Source: the human T2T-CHM13v2.0 reference genome, Homo sapiens. From it: DNA of 64,000 nucleotides. Under the pieces are notes generated by a model. It was given only the letters and a program-made list of their open reading frames with translations. It was not told the DNA's origin and did no database searches. Both the position numbers and the translations under genes were made by a program. Every line of letters starts with the position of its first letter. Positions within the stretch are counted from its first letter, which is position 1. Location: the NCBI RefSeq assembly GCF_009914755.1, contig NC_060948.1; one strand, 5' to 3'. Positions 13,601 to 27,900 of the stretch are shown here, in pieces.

Positions 13601-14241
13601 TGAATTGAATGGAATGGAATGCAATGGAATCTAATGAAACGGAAAGGAAAGGAATGGAATGGAATGGAATGGACTGGAATGGAAAGGAATCGAAACGAAT
13701 GGAATGGAATCGAACTGAAGAGACTGGAATGGAATGCACTGGAATGGAAGGGAGTGTAATGGAAGGTTCTCGAAAAAAATGGAATCGAATGGAATGGAAT
13801 TGAATGGAACGGAATAGAGTCGAATGGAATTGAATGGAATGGAATGGACTAGAGTGAAATGGAATCGAACCACAAGGAATGGACATGAATAGAATGGTCT
13901 CGAATTGAATGGAATCGTATGGAATGGCATCAAACGGAATGGAATGGACAGCCACGGAATGGAATGCACTCGAATGCAATGGAGTCGAAACTAATGGACT
14001 GGAATAGAATGGACTTGACTGGTACGGACTCCAATGGAATGGAATCGAATGGAAGGGAATCGAACGGAATGGACTCGAAGGGAAAAGACTGCAATGGAAA
14101 GGTCTCGAATGGAATGGAAATTAATGGAATGGAATGGAATCGAATGAAATGGAGTCAAAAGGAATGGAATCGAATGGCAAGAAATCGAATGTAATGGAAT
14201 CACAAGGAATTGATGTGAACGGAACGGAATGGAATGGAATC
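10673..14241 (+). repeat. DYZ1 unit U4 (3569 bp)
   Basis: Landmark at 10695, next at 14264. Confidence 0.92.
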
Positions 14242-17200
14242 CAAAGGAATGGAATAGAATGGAATGGAATCGAATGGAAAGGACTCGAATGGAAATCACT
14301 CGAATAGAATGCAATTTAATAAAATAGGATCAAATGTAATGGAATGGAATGGAAGGGAATCGAAACGAAAGGAATGGAGACAGATGGAATGGAATGGAAG
14401 AGAGAGCAATGGTATAGAATGGAATGGAATCATCTGGAATGGAATTGAATGGAATGGAATAATATGAAATGGAATGGAATGGAATGGAATGGAATGCCCT
14501 TGAATTAAATGGACTGGAATGGAATGGACTCGAACAGAGTGGAATGGAAAGTGTTGAGATAGAATGGAATGGACTCCTTTGGAATGGTGTAGTATGCAAT
14601 GCAATCGACTGGCAGGGAATCAAAAGGAATGTAATGGAATGGATTGGACTGGAATGCAATGGACTCGAATAGATTGGAAACGGAATGCAAAGGAATGGAA
14701 TGGAATAGTATGGAATGGAATGGAAAGGAATGGAGTGGAATAGACTAGAGTGGAATGGAATGGACTGGAAAGCAATGGACTGGAATGGAACTTTCTTGAA
14801 TGGACTGGAATCAAACGGAATGGAATGCAATGCAATCAAATGGCATGGAATAAAATAGAATGAAAGAGAATCAAATGGAATTGAATCGAATGGAATCGAA
14901 TGGATTGGAAAGGAATAGAATGGAATTGAATGGAATTGACTCAAATGGAATGGACTAGAATGGAATGGATTCGAATGGAAGGCAAAGGAATGGAATCTAT
15001 TGGAATGGACTGTAATGGAATGGAATGGAAGGGATTGGAATGGACTCGAATGGAATGGACTGCAATAGAAAGGATTCGAATGGAATGAAAAAGAATTGAA
15101 TGGAATAGAACAGAATGGAATCAAATCGAATGAAATGGAATGGAATAGAAAGGAATGGAATGAAATGGAATGGAAAGGATTCGAATGGAATGCAATCGAA
15201 TGGAATGGAATCGAACGGAATGGAATAAAATGGAAGAAAACTGGCAAGAAATGGAATCGAAATGAATGGAGTGTTATGGAACGGACTCAAAAGGAATTGA
15301 ATGTAATAGAATGGAGTGGAGTGGACTCGAATATAATGGACTGGAATGGAATGAAATCACATGGAATGGGAACGAATGGAATGGAATGGAAAGGAATGGA
15401 ATCGAATGGAAAGGAATCGAATGGAAGGGAATGAAATTGAATCAACACGAATGGAAGGGAATAGAATAGACGGTAATGGAATGGACTCGAATAGAATGGA
15501 CAGGAATGCTCAAATTGAATGGACTCGAATGGAATGGAAACGAAAGGAATGTCATCGAATGGAATTGAATCGATTGGAATGAAATCGTATAGAATGGAGT
15601 GGAATCAAATGGAATTGAATCGAAAGGAAAGGAAGCAAATGGACTGAAATGAAATGGAATGGAATTGAATGGAAAGTTATGTAATGGAATAGAATGGAAC
15701 GAAATTTCACGGAATGGAATCAAACTGAATGGAATCAAATCAATGGAATCAAATCAAATGGAATGGATAGGAATTGAATGGAGTAGATTGGATTGGATGG
15801 GATTGGAATGAAATGTACTGGAAAGGACTCGAATTTCATGAAACGGAATGGAATGAATTGGAACGGAACGGACTGGAATGGAGTGGAATGTCATGGAATG
15901 GCATCAAATGGAATGGCATCAAATGGAATGGAATCGAATGCAATGGAATGCTATGGAATGGAATGGAATGCATTGGAATGGAATGTCCTCTAATGGAATG
16001 GATTCGAGTGGAATGGAATCGAATATAATGGAGTCGAATGAAATGGAATTGAAAGGAATGGGATCGAATAAAATGGAATATACTGGAATGTAATGTAATG
16101 AACTCGAATGTAATTGACTGGAATGGAATGTACATGAATGGAATGTAATCGAATGGAAAGTAATCCAATGGAATAGAATCTAATGCAATAAAATCGACTC
16201 AGATAGAGTAGAATGTAATGGAATGGAGTGCAGTGCAATGGAATGGAAAGGAATGGAATGCAATGGAATGGAATGGAATGGAATGGAATGGAATGGAATG
16301 GAATGGAATGGAATGGTGTGGAATGGATAGTAATGGACTGGAGTGAAATGGACTGGAAAGGAATGGACTCAAATTGAAAGGGCTCGAAAGGAATGGAGTC
16401 AAATGGAATGGTCTGGAATGGAATGAACACGAATGTAATGCAATCCAATAGAATGGAATCGAATGGCATGGAATATAAAGAAATGGAATCGAAGAGAATG
16501 GAAACAAATGGAATGGAATTGAGTGGAATGGAATTGAATGGAATGGGAACGAATGGAGTGAAATTGTATGCAGTAGAAGGGAATAGAATGGAATGCAAGC
16601 GAAAGGAAAGGAATGGATTGGAATGGAATGGAATTCATTGGAATGGAAGGGAATGTAGTGTAATGGACAGGCCTGGAATAAAGTGGAATGCTACGGTCTC
16701 GAATGGAATAAAAATGTATGGAATGGAATGCAATGAAACGGAATCGAATGTCATAGAATGTAATGGAATGCAACAAAATGGAATCCAAAATCATTGACTG
16801 GAAAGGCTGGGTGTCGAAAGGAATTGACTCCAATGGAATGGAATCGAATGGAATGGAAGTGAATAGAATCGAACTAAATCGAATGGAATGGAATTGATAG
16901 GAACGGAATGGAAAGGAATGCAATGATTTGGCATGGAATGGAATCGAATGGCATCGAATGGAATGGAATGGAATGCAATGGAATGGAATGTATTAGAATG
17001 TAATGAACTTTAATGGAATGTACTCGAATGGATTCGACTGGAATGGAATGTTCTGGAAGTGAATGGACTCCAATGGAATGGATTCAAAAGGAATGGAATC
17101 GTACGGAATGGAATCTAATGGAATGGAATTAAATGGAAATGAATCAAATTGAATAGCACGGAATTGAATTGAATGAAATGGGATGCAATGGAATCTAATG

Positions 17201-17805
17201 AAACGGAAATGAAAGGAATGGAATGGAATGGAATGGGCTGGAATGGAAAGGAATCGAAACGAATGGAATGGAATCGAACTGAAGAGACTGGAATGGAATG
17301 CACTGGAATGGAAGGGAGTGTAATGGAAAGTTCTCGAAAAAAATGGAATCGAATGGAATGGAATTGAATGGAACGGAATAGAGTCGAATGGAATTGAATG
17401 GAATGGAATGGACTAGAGTGAAATGGAATCGAACCACAAGGAATGGACTGGAATAGAATGGTCTCGAATTGAATGGAATCGTATGGAATGGCATCAAACG
17501 GAATGGAATGGACAGCCACGGAATGGAATGCACTCGAATGCAATGGAGTCGAAACTAATGGACTGGAATAGAATGGACTCGCCTGGTACGGACTCCAATG
17601 GAATGGAATCGAATGGAAGGGAATCGAACGGAATGGACTCGAAGGGAAAAGACTGCAATGGAAAGGTCTCGAATGGAATGGAAATTAATGGAATGGAATG
17701 GAATCGAATGAAATGGAGTCAAAAGGAATGGAATCGAATGGCAAGAAATCGAATGTAATGGAATCGCAAGGAATTGATGTGAACGGAACGGAATGGAATG
17801 GAATC
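14242..17805 (+). repeat. DYZ1 unit U5 (3564 bp; near-copy of U1)
   Basis: Landmark at 14264, next at 17828; translated ORFs almost identical to U1. Confidence 0.92.
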
Positions 17806-20800
17806 CAAAGGAATGGAATAGAATGGAATGGAATCGAATGGAAAGGACTCGAATGGAAATCACTCGAATAGAATGCAATTTAATAAAATAGGATCAAATG
17901 TAATGGAATGGAATGGAAAGGAATCGAAACGAAAGGAATGGAGACAGATGGAATGGAATGGAACAGAGAGCAATGGTATAGAATGGAATGGAATCATCTG
18001 GAATGGAATTGAATGGAATGGAATAATATGAAATGGAATGGAATGGAATGGAATGGAATGCCCTTGAATTAAATGGACTGGAATGGAATGGACTCGAACA
18101 GAGTGGAATGGAAAGTGTTGAGATAGAATGGAATGGACTCCTTTGGAATGGTCTAGTATGCAATGCAATCGACTGGCAGGGAATCAAAAGGAATGTAATG
18201 GAATGGATTGGACTGGAATGCAATGGACTCGAATAGATTGGAAACGGAATGCAAAGGAATGGAATGGAATAGTATGGAATGGAATGGAAAGGAATGGAGT
18301 GGAATAGACTAGAGTGGAATGGAATGGACTGGAAAGCAATGGACTGGAATGGAACTTTCTTGAATGGACTGGAATCAAACGGAATGGAATGCAATGCAAT
18401 CAAATGGCATGGAATAAAATAGAATGAAAGAGAATCAAATGGAATTGAATCGAATGGAATCGAATGGATTGGAAAGGAATAGAATGGAATGGAATGGAAT
18501 GGACTCAAATGGAATGGACTAGAATGGAATGGATTCGAATGGAAGGCAAAGGAATGGAATCTATTGGAATGGACTGTAATGGAATGGAATGGAAGGGATT
18601 GGAATGGACTCGAATGGAATGGACTGCAATAGAAAGGATTCGAATGGAATGAAAAAGAATTGAATGGAATAGAACAGAATGGAATCAAATCGAATGAAAT
18701 GGAATGGAATAGAAAGGAATGGAATGAAATGGAATGGAAAGGATTCGAATGGAATGCAATCGAATGGAATGGAATCGAACGGAATGGAATAAAATGGAAG
18801 AAAACTGGCAAGAAATGGAATCGAAATGAATGGAGTGTTATGGAACGGACTCAAAAGGAATTGAATGTAATAGAATGGAGTGGAGTGGACTCGAATATAA
18901 TGGACTGGAATGGAATGAAATCACATGGAATGGGAACGAATGGAATGGAATGGAAAGGAATGGAATCGAATGGAAAGGAATCGAATGGAAGGGAATGAAA
19001 TTGAATCAACAGGAATGGAAGGGAATAGAATAGACGGTAATGGAATGGACTCGAATAGAATGGACACGAATGCTCAATTTGAATGGACTCGAATGGAATG
19101 GAAACGAAAGGAATGTCATCGAATGGAATTGAATCGATTGGAATGAAATCGCATAGAATGGAGTGGAATCAAATGGAATTGAATCGAAAGGAAAGGAAGC
19201 GAATGGACTGAAATGAAATGGAATGGAATTGAATGGAAAGTAATGCAATGGAATAGAATGGAACGAAATTTCACGGAATGGAATCAAACTGAATGGAATC
19301 AAATCAATGGAATCTAATCAAATGGAATGGAAAGGAATTGAATGGAGTAGATTGGATTGGATGGGATTGGAATGAAATGTACTGGAAAGGACTCGAATTT
19401 CATGAAACGGAATGGAATGAATTGGAACGGAATGGACTCGAATGGAATGGAATGTCATGGAATGGCATCAAATGGAATGGCATCAAATGGAATGGAATCG
19501 AATGCAATGGAATGTTATGGAATGGAATGGAATGCATTGGAATGGAATGTCCTCTAATGGAATGGATTCGAGTGGAATGGAATCGAATATAATGGAGTCG
19601 AATGAAATGGAATTGAAAGGAATGGGATCGAATAGAATGGAATATACTGGAATGTAATGTAATGAACTCGAATGTAATTGACTGGAATGGAATGTACATG
19701 AATGGAAGGTAATCGAATGGAAAGTAATCCAATGGAATAGAATCTAATGCAATAAAACCGACTCAGATAGAGTAGAATGTAATGGAATGGAGTGCAGTGC
19801 AATGGAATGGAATGGAATTGAATGCAATGGAATGGAATGGAATGGAACGGAATGGAATGGAATGGAATGGAATGGAATGGGATGGAATGGTATGGAATGG
19901 ATAGTAATGGACTGGAGTGAAATGGACTGGAAAGGAATGGACTCAAATTGAAAGAGCTCGAAAGGAATGGAGTCAAATGGAATGGTCTGGAATGGAATGA
20001 ACACGAATGTAATGCAATCCAATAGAATGGAATCGAATGGCATGGAATATAAAGAAATGGATTCGAAGAGAATGGAAACAAATGGAATGGAATTGAATGG
20101 AATGGAATTGAATGGAATGGGAACGAATGGAGTGAAATTGTATGCAGTAGAAGGGAATAGAATGGAATGCAAGCGAAAGGAAAGGAATGGATTGGAATGG
20201 AATGGAATTCATTGGAATGGAAGGGAATGTAGTGTAATGGACAGGCCTGGAATAAAGTGGAATGCTACGGTCTCGAATGGAATAAAAATGTATGGAATGG
20301 AATGCAATGAAACGGAATCGAATGTCATAGAATGTAATGGAATGCAAAAAAATGGAATCCAAAATCATTGACTGGAAAGGCTGGGTGTCGAAAGGAATTG
20401 ACTCCAATGGAATGGAATCGAATGGAATGGAAGTGAATAGAATCGAACTAAATCGAATGGAATGGAATTGATAGGAACGGAATGGAAAGGAATGCAATGA
20501 TTTGGCATGGAATGGAATCGAATGGCATCGAATGGAATGGAATGGAATGCAATGGAATGGAATGTATTAGAATGTAATGAACTTTAATGGAATGTACTCG
20601 AATGGATTCGACTGGAATGGAATGTTCTGGAAGTGAATGGACTCCAATGGAATGGATTCAAAAGGAATGGAATTGTACGGAATGGAATCTAATGGAATGG
20701 AATTAAATGGAAATGAATCAAATTGAATAGCACGGAATTGAATTAAATGGAATGGAATGCAATGGAATCTAATGAAACGGAAAGGAAAGGAATGGAATGG

Positions 20801-21379
20801 AATGGAATGGGCTGGAATGGAAAGGAATCGAAACTAATGGAATGGAATCGAACTGAAGAGACTGGAATGGAATGCACTGGAATGGAAGGGAGTGTAATGG
20901 AAGGTTCTCGAAAAAAATGGAATCGAATGGAATGGAATTGAATGGAACGGAATAGAGTCGAATGGAATTGAATGGAATGGAATGGACTAGAGTGAAATGG
21001 AATCGAACCACAAGGAATGGAGAGGAATAGAATGGTCTCGAATTGAATGGAATCGTATGGAATGGCATCAAACGGAATGGAATGGACAGCCACGGAATGG
21101 AATGCACTCGAATGCAATGGAGTCGAAACTAATGGACTGGAATAGAATGGACTCGACTGGTACGGACTCCAATGGAATGGAATCGAATGGAAGGGAATCG
21201 AACGGAAGGGAATCGAAGGGAAAAGACTGCAATGGAAAGGTCTCGAATGGAATGGAAATTAATGGAATGGAATGGAATCGAATGAAATGGAGTCAAAAGG
21301 AATGGAATCGAATTTCAAGAAATCAAATGTAATGGAATCGCAAGGAATTGATCTGAACGGAACGGAATGGAATGGAATC
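17806..21379 (+). repeat. DYZ1 unit U6 (3574 bp)
   Basis: Landmark at 17828, next at 21402. Confidence 0.92.
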
Positions 21380-24300
21380 CAAAGGAATGGAATAGAATGG
21401 AATGGAATCGAATGGAAAGGACTCGAATGGAAATCACTCGAATAGAATGCAATTTAATAAAATAGGATCAAATGTAATGGAATGGAATGGAAAGGAATCG
21501 AAACGAAAGGAATGGAGACAGATGGAATGGAATAGAACAGCGAGCAATGGTATAGAATGGAATGGAATCATCTGGAATGGAATTGAATGGAATGGAATAA
21601 TATGAAATGGAATGGAATGGAATGGAATGGAATGCCCTTGAATTAAATGGACTGGAATGGAATGGACTCGAACAGAGTGGAATGGAAAGTGTTGAGATAG
21701 AATGGAATGGACTCCTTTGGAATGGTGTAGTATGCAATGCAATCGACTGGCAGGGAATCAAAAGGAATGTAATGGAATGGACTGGACTGGAATGCAATGG
21801 ACTCGAATAGATTGGAAACGGAATGCAAAGGAATGGAATGGAATAGTATGGAATGGAATGGAAAGGAATGGAGTGGAATAGACTAGAGTGGAATGGAACG
21901 GACTGGAAAGCAATGGACTGGAATGGATCTTTCTTGAATGGACTGGAATCAATCGGAATGGAATGCAATGCAATCAAATGGCATGGAATAAAATAGAATG
22001 AAAGAGAATCAAATGGAATTGAATCGAATGGAATCGAATGGATTGGAAAGGAATAGAATGGAATGGAATGGAATTGACTCAAATGGAATGGACTAGAATG
22101 GAATGGATTCGAATGGAAGGCAAAGGAATGGAATCTATTGGAATGGACTGTAATGGAATGGAATGGAAGGGATTGGAATGGACTCGAATGGAATGGACTG
22201 CAATAGAAAGGATTCGAATGGAATGAAAAAGAATTGAATGGAATAGAACAGAATGGAATCAAATCGAATTAAATGGAATGGAATAGAAAGGAATGGAATG
22301 AAATGGAATGGAAAGGATTCGAATGGAATGCAATCGAATGGAATGGAATCGAACGGAATGGAATAAAATGGAAGAAAACTGGCAAGAAATGGAATCGAAA
22401 TGAATGGAGTGTTATGGAACGGACTCAAAAGGAATTGAATGTAATAGAATGGAGTGGAGTGGACTCGAATACAATGGACTGGAATGGAATGAAATCACAT
22501 GGAATGGGAACGAATGGAATGGAATGGAAAGGAATGGAATCGAATGGAAAGGAATCGAATGGAAGGGAATGAAATTGAATCAACAGGAATGGAAGGGAAT
22601 AGAATAGACGGTAATGGAATGGACTCGAATAGAATGGACACGAATGCTCAAATTGAATGGACTCGAATGGAATGGAAACGAAAGGAATGTCATCGAATGG
22701 AATTGAATCGATTGGAATGAAATCGCATAGAATGGAGTGGAATCAAATGGAATTGAATCGAAAGGAAAGGAAGCGAATGGACTGAAATGAAATGGAATGG
22801 AATTGAATGGAAAGTAATGCAATGGAATAGAATGGAACGAAATTTCACGGAATGGAATCAAACTGAATGGAATCAAATCAATGGAATCCAATCAAATGGA
22901 ATGGAGTAGATTGGATTGGATGGGATTGGAATGAAATGTACTGGAAAGGACTCGAATTTCATGAAACGGAATGCAATGAATTGGAACGGAATGGACTCGA
23001 ATGGAATGGAAGGTCATAGAATGGCATCAAATGGATTGGCATCAAATGGAATGGAATAGAATTCAATGGAATGCTATGGAATGGAATCGAATGCATTGGA
23101 ATGGAATGTCCTCTAATGGAATGGATTCGAGTGGAATGGAATCGAATATAATGGAGTCGAATGAAATGGAATTGAAAGGAATGGGATCGAATACAATGGA
23201 ATATACTGGAATGTAATGTAATGAACTCGAATGTAATTGACTGGAATGGAATGTACATGAATGGAATGTAATCGAATGGAAAGTAATCCAATGGAATAGA
23301 ATCTAATGCAATAAAATCGACTCAGATAGAGTAGAATGTAATGGAATGGAGTGCAGTGCAATGGAATGGAATGGAATGGAATGCAATGGAATGGAATGGA
23401 ATGGAATGGAATGGAATGGAATGGAATGGAATGGGATGGAATGGTATGGAATGGATAGTAATGGACTGGAGTGAAATGGACTGGAATGGAATGGACTCAA
23501 ATTGAAAGGGCTCGAAAGGAATGGAGTCAAATGGAATGGTCTGGAATGGAATGAACACGAATGTAATGCAATCCAATAGAATGGAATCGAATGGCATGGA
23601 ATATAAAGAAATGGAATCGAAGAGAATGGAAACAAATGGAATGGAATTGAATGGAATGGAATTGAATGGAATGGGAAGGAATGGAGTGAAATTGTATGCA
23701 GTAGAAGGGAATAGAATGGAATGCAAGCGAAAGGAAAGGAATGGATTGGAATGGAATGGAATTCATTGGAATGGAAGGGAATGTAGTGTAATGGACAGGC
23801 CTGGAATAAAGTGGAATGCTACGGTCTCGAATGGAATAAAAATGTATGGAATGGAATGCAATGAAACGGAATCGAATGTCATAGAATGTAATGGAATGCA
23901 AAAAAATGGAATCCAAAATCATTGACTGGAAAGGCTGGGTGTCGAAAGGAATTCACTGCAATGGAATGGAATCGAATGGAATGGAAGTGAATAGAATCGA
24001 ACTAAATCGAATGGAATGGAATTGATAGGAATGGAATGGAAAGGAATGCAATGATTTGGCATGGAATGGAATCGAATGGCATCGAATGGAATGGAATGGA
24101 ATGCAATGGAATGGAATGTATTAGAATGTAATGAACATTAATGGAATGTACTCGAATGGATTCGACTGGAATGGAATGTTCTGGAAGTGAATGGACTCCA
24201 ATGGAATGGATTCGAAAGGAATGGAATCGAACGGAATGGATTCTAATGGAATGGAATTAAATGGAAATGAATCAAATTGAATAGCACGGAATTGAATTGA

Positions 24301-24932
24301 ATGGAATCGAATGCAATGGAATCTAATGAAACGGAAAGGAAAGAATGGAATGGAATAGAATGGGCTGGAATGGAAAGGAATCGAAACGAATGGAATGGAA
24401 TCGAACTGAAGAGACTGGAATGGAATGCACTGGAATGGAAGGGAGTGTAATGGAAGGTTCTCGAAAAAAATGCAATCGAATGGAATGGAATTGAATGGAA
24501 CGGAATAGAGTCGAATGGAATTGAATGGAATGGAATGGACTAGAGTGAAATGGAATCGAACCACAAGGAATGGACAGGAATAGAATGGTCTCGAATTGAA
24601 TGGAATCGTATGGAATGGCATCAAACGGAATGGAATGGACAGCCACGGAATGGAATGCACTCGAATGCAATGGAGTCGAAACTAATGGACTGGAATAGAA
24701 TGGACTCGACTGGTACGGACTCCAATGGAATGGAATCGAATGGAAGGGAATCGAACGGAATGGACTCGAAGGGAAAAGACTGCAATGGAAAGGTCCCGAA
24801 TGGAATGGAAATTAATGGGATGGAATGGAATCGAATGAAATGGAGTCAAAAGGAATGGAATCGAATGGTAAGAAATTGAATGTAATGGAATCGCAAGGAA
24901 TTGATGTGAACGGAACGGAATGGAATGGAATC
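21380..24932 (+). repeat. DYZ1 unit U7 (3553 bp; diverged, two extra EcoRI sites)
   Basis: Landmark at 21402, next at 24955; GAATTC at 23059, 23759 and 23949. Confidence 0.92.
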
Positions 24933-27900
24933 CAAAGGAATGGAATAGAATGGAATGGAATCGAATGGAAAGGACTCGAATGGAAATCACTCGAATAGAA
25001 TGCAATTTAATAAAATAGGATCAAATGTAATAGAATGGAATGGAAAGGAATCGAAACGGAAGGAATGGAGACAGATGGAATGGAATGGAAGAGAGAGCAA
25101 TAGTATAGAATGGAATGGAATCATCTGGAATGGAATTGAATGGAATGGAATAATATGAAATGGAATGGAATGGAATGGAATGGAATGCCCTTGAATTAAA
25201 TGGACTGGACTCGAACAGAGTGGAATGGAAAGTGTTGAGATAGAATGGAATGGACTCCTTTGGAATGGTGTAGTATGCAATGCAATCGACTGGCAGGGAA
25301 TCAAAAGGAATGTAATGGAATGGATTGGACTGGAATGCAATGGACTCGAATAGATTGGAAACGGAATGCAAAGGAATGGAATGGAATAGTATGGAATGCA
25401 ATGGAAAGGAATGGAGTGGAATAGACTAGAGTGGAATGGAATGGACTGGAAAGCAATGGACTGGAATGGAACTTTCTTGGATGGATTGGAATCAAACGGA
25501 ATGGAATGCAATGCAATCAAATGGCATGGAATAAAATAGAATGAAAGAGAATCAAATGGAATTGAATCGAATGGAATCGAATGGATTGGAAAGGAATAGA
25601 ATGGAATGGAATGGAATTGACTCAAATGGAATGGACTAGAATGGAATGGATTCGAATGGAAGGCAAAGGAATGGAATCTATTGGAATGGACTGTAATGGA
25701 ATGGAATGGAAGGGATTGGAATGGACTCGAATGGAATGGACTGCAGTAGAAAGTATTCGAATGGAATGAAAAAGAATTGAATGGAATAGAACAGAATGGA
25801 ATCAAATCGAATGAAATGGAATGGAATAGAAAGGAATGGAATGAAATGGAATGGAAAGGATTCGAATGGAATGCAATCGAATGGAATGGAATCGAACGGA
25901 ATGGAATAAAATGGAAGAAAACTGGCAAGAAATGGAATCGAAATGAATGGAGTGTTATGGAACGGACTCAAAAGGAATTGAATGTAATAGAATGGAGTGG
26001 AGTGGACTCGAATATAATGGACTGGAATGGAATGAAATCACATGGAATGGGAACGAATGGAATGGAATGGAAAGGAATGGAATCGAATGGAAAGGAATCG
26101 AATGGAAGGGAATGAAATTGAATCAACAGGAATGGAAGGGAATAGAATAGACGGTAATGGAATGGACTCGAATAGAATGGACACGAATGCTCAAATTGAA
26201 TGGACTCGAATGGAATGGAAACGAAAGGAATGTCATCGAATGGAATTGAATCGATTGGAATGAAATCGCATAGAATGGAGTGGAATCAAATGGAATTGAA
26301 TCGAAAGGAAAGGAAGCGAATGGACTGAAATGAAATGGAATGGAATTGAATGGAAAGTAATGCAATGGAATAGAATGGAACGAAATTTCACGGAATGGAA
26401 TCAAACTGAATGGAATCAAATCAATGGAATCTAATCAAATGGAATGGAAAGGAATTGAATGGAGTAGATTGGATTGGATGGGATTGGAATGAAATGTACT
26501 GGAAAGGACTCGAATTTCATGAAACGGAATGGAATGAATTGGAACGGAATGGACTCGAATGGAATGGAATGTCATAGAATGGTATCAAATGGAATGGCAT
26601 CAAATGGAATGGAATCGAATGCAATGGAATGCTATGGAATGGAATGGAATGCATTGGAATGGAATGTCCTCTAATGGAATGGATTCGAGTGGAATGGAAT
26701 CGAATATAATGGAGTCGAATGAAATGGAATTGAAAGGAATCGGATGGAATACAATGGAATATACTGGAATGTAATGTAATGAACTCGAATATAATTGACT
26801 GGAATGGAATGTACATGAGTGGAATGTAATCGAATGGAAAGTAATCCAATGGAATAGAATCTAATGCAATAAAATCGACTCAGATAGAGTAGAATGTAAT
26901 GGAATGGAGTGCAGTGCAATGGAATGGAATGGAATGGAATGCAATGGAATGGAATGGAATGGAATGGAATGGAATGGAATGGAATGGAATGGGATGGAAT
27001 GGTATGGAATGGATAGTAATGGACTGGAGTGAAATGGACTGGAAAGGAATGGACTCAAATTGAAAGTTCTCGAAAGGAATGGAGTCAAATGGAATGGTCT
27101 GGAATGGAATGAACACGAATGTAATGCAATCCAATAGAATGGAATCGAATGGCATGGAATATAAAGAAATGGAATCGAAGAGAATGGAAACAAATGGAAT
27201 GGAATTGAATGGAATGGAATTGAATGGAATGTGAACGAATGGAGTGAAATTGTATGCAGTAGAAGAGAATAGAATGGAATGCAAGCGAAAGGAAAGGAAT
27301 GGATTGGAATGGAATGGAATTCATTGGAATGGAAGGGAATGTAGTGTAATGGACAGGCCTGGAATAAAGTGGAATGCTACAGTCTCGAATGGAATAAAAA
27401 TGTATGGAATGGAATGCAATGAAACGGAATCGAATGTCATAGAATGTAATGGAATGCAAAAAAATGGAATCCAAAATCATTGAATGCAAAGGCTGGATGT
27501 CGAAAGGAATTGACTCCAATGGAATGGAATCGAATGGAATGGAAGTGAATAGAATCGAACTAAATCGAATGGAATGGAATTGATAGGAACGGAATGGAAA
27601 GGAATGCAATGATTTGGCATGGAATGGAATCGAATGGCATCGAATGGAATGGAATGGAATGCAATGGAATGGAATGTATTAGAATGTAATGAACTTTAAT
27701 GGAATGTACTCGAATGGATTCGACTGGAATGGAATGTTCTGGAAGTGAATGGACTCCAATGGAATGGATTCAAAAGGAATGGAATCGTACGGAATGGAAT
27801 CCAATGGAATGGAATTAAATGGAAATGAATCAAATTGAATAGCACGGAATTGAATTGAATGGAATTGAATGCAATGGAATCTAATGAAACGGAAAGCAAA

